Origin: PVC group bacterium
Lineage (GTDB): Bacteria > Auribacterota > Erginobacteria > Erginobacterales > Erginobacteraceae
Length of the DNA stretch: 10,923 nt
Direction of reading: 5' to 3'
Assembly: GCA_043804695.1 (NCBI GenBank)
Contig: JAZDIV010000093.1
Location: 1-10,923 of the forward strand
Shown here: positions 7,479-10,923 of the stretch, piece after piece
Layout of the letters: every line of letters starts with the position of its first letter
Numbering within the stretch: the first letter of the stretch is position 1
Position numbers and translations under genes: made by a program
Notes under the pieces: model-generated
Told to the model about the DNA's origin: nothing
What the model saw: the letters and a program-made list of their open reading frames with translations, nothing else
The model's database searches: none

Positions 7479-7529
7479 GACCCCGATTGATCAATCGGGG
7501 TCCATTCTAAAGTAGCGCCGAAGGCGCTA
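7479..7529. promoter_or_regulatory. Perfect 24-bp palindrome plus GAA-loop hairpin immediately upstream of the porin RBS
   Basis: GACCCCGATTGATCAATCGGGGTC at 7479-7502; TAGCGCC-GAA-GGCGCTA at 7513-7529; SD AAGGAGGTGA at 7537-7546. Confidence 0.55.
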
Positions 7530-7549
7530 ATTGATAAAGGAGGTGACTG

Positions 7550-8884
7550 ATGAAGCGAGTTCTGGCAGTAGCCGCACTCTTGGTCATGGCGTCGGCCACG
7601 GCGGCGGAGTCAGGGGAAGAGACTGTCACCCGCGAGGAGTTCGAGAAACTCAAGGCGGAACTGACCGAACTCAAAAACAGGGTCGAACCTTCCGGGACCG
7701 TGGACGCCCCGACAGGAAAACTTCCCGGCGAGGACATGATCTTCGGGGAGTACTGGCAGGACGGCCTGCATTTCTCGAGCAAAGACGGAGCCTTTGACAT
7801 CCGAATCGGGGGGAGAATCAATGTCGACGGCGCGTTCTTCAGGAGCGATGAAGGGATGAAAGAGGCCGCGGCCGCCATCCCGGGCAACGATCCCTTTGAG
7901 AGCGGCTGGGAGATCCGACATCCCCGGATCTATTTAAAGGGGAGAATCTACCAGCGTTTCATCTACAAGGTCCAGTACACCTTTTCCGACGACACCATCG
8001 GCGATGCCTATATCGGAGCGACGGAGGTGCCGGTATTGGGAACGGTCATCATCGGCAAGGCCGCCCGGGCGTTCGGTAATGACCCTGGTCCCAGCAGTAA
8101 CTACACGCTCTTCATGGAATACGCCAACACGATCATCTTCGGGGCCGGTAAACAGGTAGGACTGGCGGCCGGGGCGCCGGTTCTCGACAATCGCGTCTCC
8201 TGGGCGGCGCAGGTGTTTCAGTTCGTGGACGGCAAGGGGATGCGGACCGAGGACAACTACAACCTGAATCTCCGTCTGACGGGGCTCCCCTGGTACCGGG
8301 ATAACGGGAGGGAGATGCTCCACCTCGGGACCGGCTACAGCTTCAGGTCGTCACTGGACGATTACCGGCTGCGGGCCCAACCGGAGATCCATCTCGCCCC
8401 CTATCTTGTCGATACCGGGGATATCGACATGAAATACGCCAGCGTCTTCGCCAACGAAGCGGCCTGGGTGACGGGGCCGTTCTCGCTGGAGGGGGAGTGG
8501 TACACTTCGCTGGTAAACCGGGAGGACGATCTCTCCGGCCTTGCTTTCAACGGATTTTACGTTCAGAGCAGCTTCTTCCTGACCGGGGAATCGCGCGGGG
8601 AGCAATATGTCACGTCCTACGGAGAGTTCGACAGCCCGGTTCGCCCCCGGCATAATCTTGACTTCGCTGAAGGGACCTGGGGAGCGTGGGAGCTGGCGGC
8701 CCGGTATTCTTACCTCGATCTCAATGACGACGATATCCGGGGCGGGATTCTCGGCGACCTGACCCTGGGACTGAACTGGCAGTTCAATCCCAACCTGCGC
8801 TGGATGCTGAACTACGTCCACGCCCACCGCAACGGTTCCGGGGACGCGGATATCATCGCTACTCGGTTCGCTGTAAATATTTAA
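7550..8884 (+). CDS. OprO/OprP-family (phosphate/anion-selective type) outer-membrane porin
   Basis: Signal peptide, short N-terminal coiled coil and beta-strand patterning. Family motifs: GFYVQSSFFLTGESR, WGAWELAARYSYLDLND, LTLGLNWQFNPNLRWMLNY. Consensus SD. Substrate cannot be fixed from sequence. Confidence 0.9.
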   Translation: MKRVLAVAALLVMASATAAESGEETVTREEFEKLKAELTELKNRVEPSGTVDAPTGKLPGEDMIFGEYWQDGLHFSSKDGAFDIRIGGRINVDGAFFRSDEGMKEAAAAIPGNDPFESGWEIRHPRIYLKGRIYQRFIYKVQYTFSDDTIGDAYIGATEVPVLGTVIIGKAARAFGNDPGPSSNYTLFMEYANTIIFGAGKQVGLAAGAPVLDNRVSWAAQVFQFVDGKGMRTEDNYNLNLRLTGLPWYRDNGREMLHLGTGYSFRSSLDDYRLRAQPEIHLAPYLVDTGDIDMKYASVFANEAAWVTGPFSLEGEWYTSLVNREDDLSGLAFNGFYVQSSFFLTGESRGEQYVTSYGEFDSPVRPRHNLDFAEGTWGAWELAARYSYLDLNDDDIRGGILGDLTLGLNWQFNPNLRWMLNYVHAHRNGSGDADIIATRFAVNI

Positions 8885-8928
8885 GGTGAATTCGGGGATA
8901 CACCGCAATAAACACGAATCCGGGGAAG

Positions 8929-9139
8929 AAATTCCAAATTCCAAATCTCAAATAACAAACAAATTCCAATATCCAATATCCAAATTCGAAACAAATAATG
9001 GCACACACGTACCACCAAGCCACCTTTAAATAATGACCGCGTCTGGTGGTGCGTGGGGCGTTTGGAATTTGGAATTTGTTTGTTATTTTCAGCCGGAGGC
9101 TGATCAGCCTTTGGCTGAGGTGCTTGTGATTTGGAATTT
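8929..9139. repeat. Foldback element B: same family as element A, opposite orientation, different core
   Basis: 8950-8969 is the perfect reverse complement of 9069-9088 (20 bp), and 8929-8939 pairs with 9129-9139 (11 bp). The inner stem pairs 9006-9017 with 9044-9055. The 30-bp palindromic insert is at 9089-9118. 9074-9133 matches 3492-3551 in inverted orientation at 57/60. Confidence 0.85.
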
Positions 9140-9186
9140 ATTAGATTCTGATCAAGATATCTCCATAATCGAGTTTATTAATTATC

Positions 9187-9825
9187 ATGAGTCATACATT
9201 TTCAAACCTTCACGTTATCGACCATCCCTTGATCCGGCAGAAGCTCTGCTTCCTGCGGGCGAAGGCAACCGGCAGCCTGAACTTCCGGATGCTGATAAAC
9301 GAGATCGCCGCCCTGATGGTCTACGAGGTTACCCGAAACCTTCCGGTCGAAGAGCGGCCGGTGGAGACGCCGCTCGAAAAGACAACCGGCCATGTCCTGG
9401 CATCTCCGGTGACCCTGGTCCCCATCCTCCGGGCGGGACTCGTCATGTGCGACGGGATCCGGGACCTCATCCCCAACGCCCGGGTCGGGCATATCGGTAT
9501 TTATCGCGACCACGAGACGTTCCAGCCCATCCGTTACTACCTGAAGTTACCCCCCGACATCGCGGAGACGGAGATTTTCATTATCGACCCGATGCTGGCG
9601 ACCGGCGGAAGCGCGGCGGAGGCGATCGACTGCGTGAAAGAAGCCGGGGGAAGCTCGATCTGCTTCGTCTGTCTGGTGGCGGCCCCCGAGGGGATCCGGC
9701 TCCTGGAGAAAAGGCACCCGGAGGTGCTCGTCTACACCGCCGCCCTCGACCGGCAGTTGAACAAAAACGCTTATATCCTGCCCGGCCTCGGCGATGCCGG
9801 CGACCGGATCTACGGAACACAGTAG
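9187..9825 (+). CDS. upp: Uracil phosphoribosyltransferase
   Basis: HPLIRQKL, VPILRAGL, GHIGIYRD, PRPP-binding loop IIDPMLATGGS and YILPGLGDAGDRIYGT; 212 aa is a typical length. Confidence 0.97.
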   Translation: MSHTFSNLHVIDHPLIRQKLCFLRAKATGSLNFRMLINEIAALMVYEVTRNLPVEERPVETPLEKTTGHVLASPVTLVPILRAGLVMCDGIRDLIPNARVGHIGIYRDHETFQPIRYYLKLPPDIAETEIFIIDPMLATGGSAAEAIDCVKEAGGSSICFVCLVAAPEGIRLLEKRHPEVLVYTAALDRQLNKNAYILPGLGDAGDRIYGTQ

Positions 9826-9898
9826 AGGGATAAACGGGCTCTTTCCGACAGCTTTTTGTTCTGCCTCAACAAAGCACATCAAAGCACATGATTTTTTG

Positions 9899-9928
9899 TT
9901 GACATTGTGTATATTGTCATAATATACA
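9899..9928 (+). promoter_or_regulatory. TA operon promoter overlapped by palindromic operator(s)
   Basis: TTGACA at 9899-9904 with TATACA at 9923-9928 (18-bp spacer). Inverted repeats TGTATATT-N5-AATATACA (9908-9928) and TGACA-N10-TGTCA (9900-9919). Confidence 0.6.
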
Positions 9929-9934
9929 TTCATC

Positions 9935-10237
9935 ATGGTTAAACCTAAAGATATCCTGACTCGATGCATCGGTTTTGAATGGGATGATGGTAATCTCACG
10001 AAGAATTGGAAAAAGCATGACGTGACTGATGGGGAATGTGAGCAGATCTTCTTCAATCAGCCGCTCATTGTTAAACGAGAAAAGAAACACTCCCCACTTG
10101 AAAATAGATATTATGTTCTTGGCAGAACTGATACGGAGCGGCTGCTTTTCATGGTTTTCACTGTTCGAAAGGACAAGATCAGACTCATCTCGGCACGGGA
10201 TATGACCCGTGCGGAACAGAAAAGGTATCGGAAATGA
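9935..10237 (+). CDS. brnT: BrnT-family type II toxin (ribonuclease)
   Basis: GFEWDDGNLTKNWKKH, ENRYYVLGRT, LLFMVFTVRKDKIRLISARDMTRAEQKRY; 100 aa; toxin-first gene order. Confidence 0.93.
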   Translation: MVKPKDILTRCIGFEWDDGNLTKNWKKHDVTDGECEQIFFNQPLIVKREKKHSPLENRYYVLGRTDTERLLFMVFTVRKDKIRLISARDMTRAEQKRYRK

Positions 10238-10503
10238 AGAAGAAACTCCCAAAGTTCAAGACTGAAGCAGAAGAACGTCGCTTCTGGCAAACGCACGACT
10301 CCTCGGAATACGTGGACTGGTCCGAAGCGGAAGAGGCCGTTTTGTCGAAGCTCAAACCATCAACGCGCACAATCTCGCTTCGTCTTCCCGAGTCGATGCT
10401 GGATGAGTTGAAGCTAATGGCCAACAAGCGTGATGTTCCTTACCAGTCTCTCCTCAAGATATTTCTCTCAGAGCGTATCGACTCGGAACTGCATAATGCC
10501 TAA
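10234..10503 (+). CDS. brnA: BrnA/CopG-like antitoxin with C-terminal ribbon-helix-helix domain
   Basis: ATGA overlap with brnT; PKFKTEAEERRFWQTHDSSEYVDW; TISLRLPESMLDELK...VPYQSLLKIFL. Confidence 0.9.
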   Translation: MKKKLPKFKTEAEERRFWQTHDSSEYVDWSEAEEAVLSKLKPSTRTISLRLPESMLDELKLMANKRDVPYQSLLKIFLSERIDSELHNA

Positions 10504-10786
10504 ATGCAGAAGAGGCAGAATTAATCGCTCAAGCTGACCGGAAGGGCTGGTACGGTTATCAGATGTTTTATTTTTCGCCGACGTTTTGCCGAGGAGCAAT
10601 CTTTTTCCGTCGGCCCCTTCCGTCAGTTTTTCGTACGGCATGAATTGTTGGACAGGGACTAATCTCATAACCTTTTTCACCTTCCATTCACCTTCGTTAA
10701 ATGCAATTAACATATAAATTCGCGACCCCCGATTTTATCGAGGTAGACTGCGAGAGCTAATTTACTGCTTCGGAATTTCAATAATC

Positions 10787-10923
10787 GTAACACTTTAGCT
10801 CTTTAAAAAATCAGGCAGCTTGTTTGTGCCAGGCCAATGATGGTTTTCTTGAAGCGATTGCATTTTCTGCTGCCTTCAGAACTGTTCCCACCGGGTTAGC
10901 GCCCTGAAGTTCTGCTGATCGAA
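10787..10923 (-). mobile_element. Probable right end of an IS66-family insertion sequence (transposase C-terminus 10811 to >10923 plus terminal inverted repeat)
   Basis: A minus frame open from the edge reads RSAELQGANPVGTVLKAAENAIASRKPSLAWHKQAA* (stop 10813-10811), resembling the IS66 transposase C-terminal 'xxLxGxNP' motif. The minus-strand sequence then ends ...GCTAAAGTGTTAC 24 nt past the stop (plus strand GTAACACTTTAGC at 10787), matching the GTAA termini of IS66. Only 36 codons are visible. Confidence 0.55.

Noticed and set aside
3486..9139. CRISPR array or integron attC interpretation of the repeats
   Set aside because: There are no regularly spaced identical direct repeats with spacers and no cas or integrase gene. 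The arms are degenerate heptamers, and AAC/GTT face the core rather than bounding the element as in attC.
9033..9833. 266-aa plus-strand ORF overlapping upp
   Set aside because: Alternative frame over a clear upp gene, starting inside repeat element B, with Arg/Pro/Gly-rich shadow composition.
10468..10713. 81-aa minus-strand ORF after brnA
   Set aside because: No SD, overlaps the brnA 3' end and has no recognisable motif. It could be a decayed fragment but is unsupported.

Overview
GC-rich bacterial chromosomal window, mostly envelope and secreted-protein genes from a diderm organism, followed by a lower-GC accessory right end. The main feature missing from the ORF track is a large minus-strand gene (2506 to <1, at least 835 aa, running off the left edge). 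It encodes a signal peptide, an FTP/PepSY-like propeptide, a caspase/gingipain-like (clan CD) His-Cys domain, a Pro/Thr linker, an SdiA-regulated-type beta-propeller, a second linker and FG-GAP/VCBS repeats. Next come an SLT-domain lipoprotein, a secreted vWA protein with three 79-aa QTEHG repeats, a 49-aa membrane microprotein (also missing from the track) and a SurA/PrsA-like parvulin lipoprotein. These are followed by a deleted and frameshifted UDP-sugar dehydrogenase remnant, an OprO/OprP-type porin, upp, a BrnT/BrnA toxin-antitoxin pair and the probable end of an IS66-family element. Two related non-coding foldback elements (3486-3763 and 8929-9139) have heptamer-repeat arms, a shared 30-bp palindromic insert and unrelated cores. 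All family assignments come from motif recognition by eye; no database searches were run.
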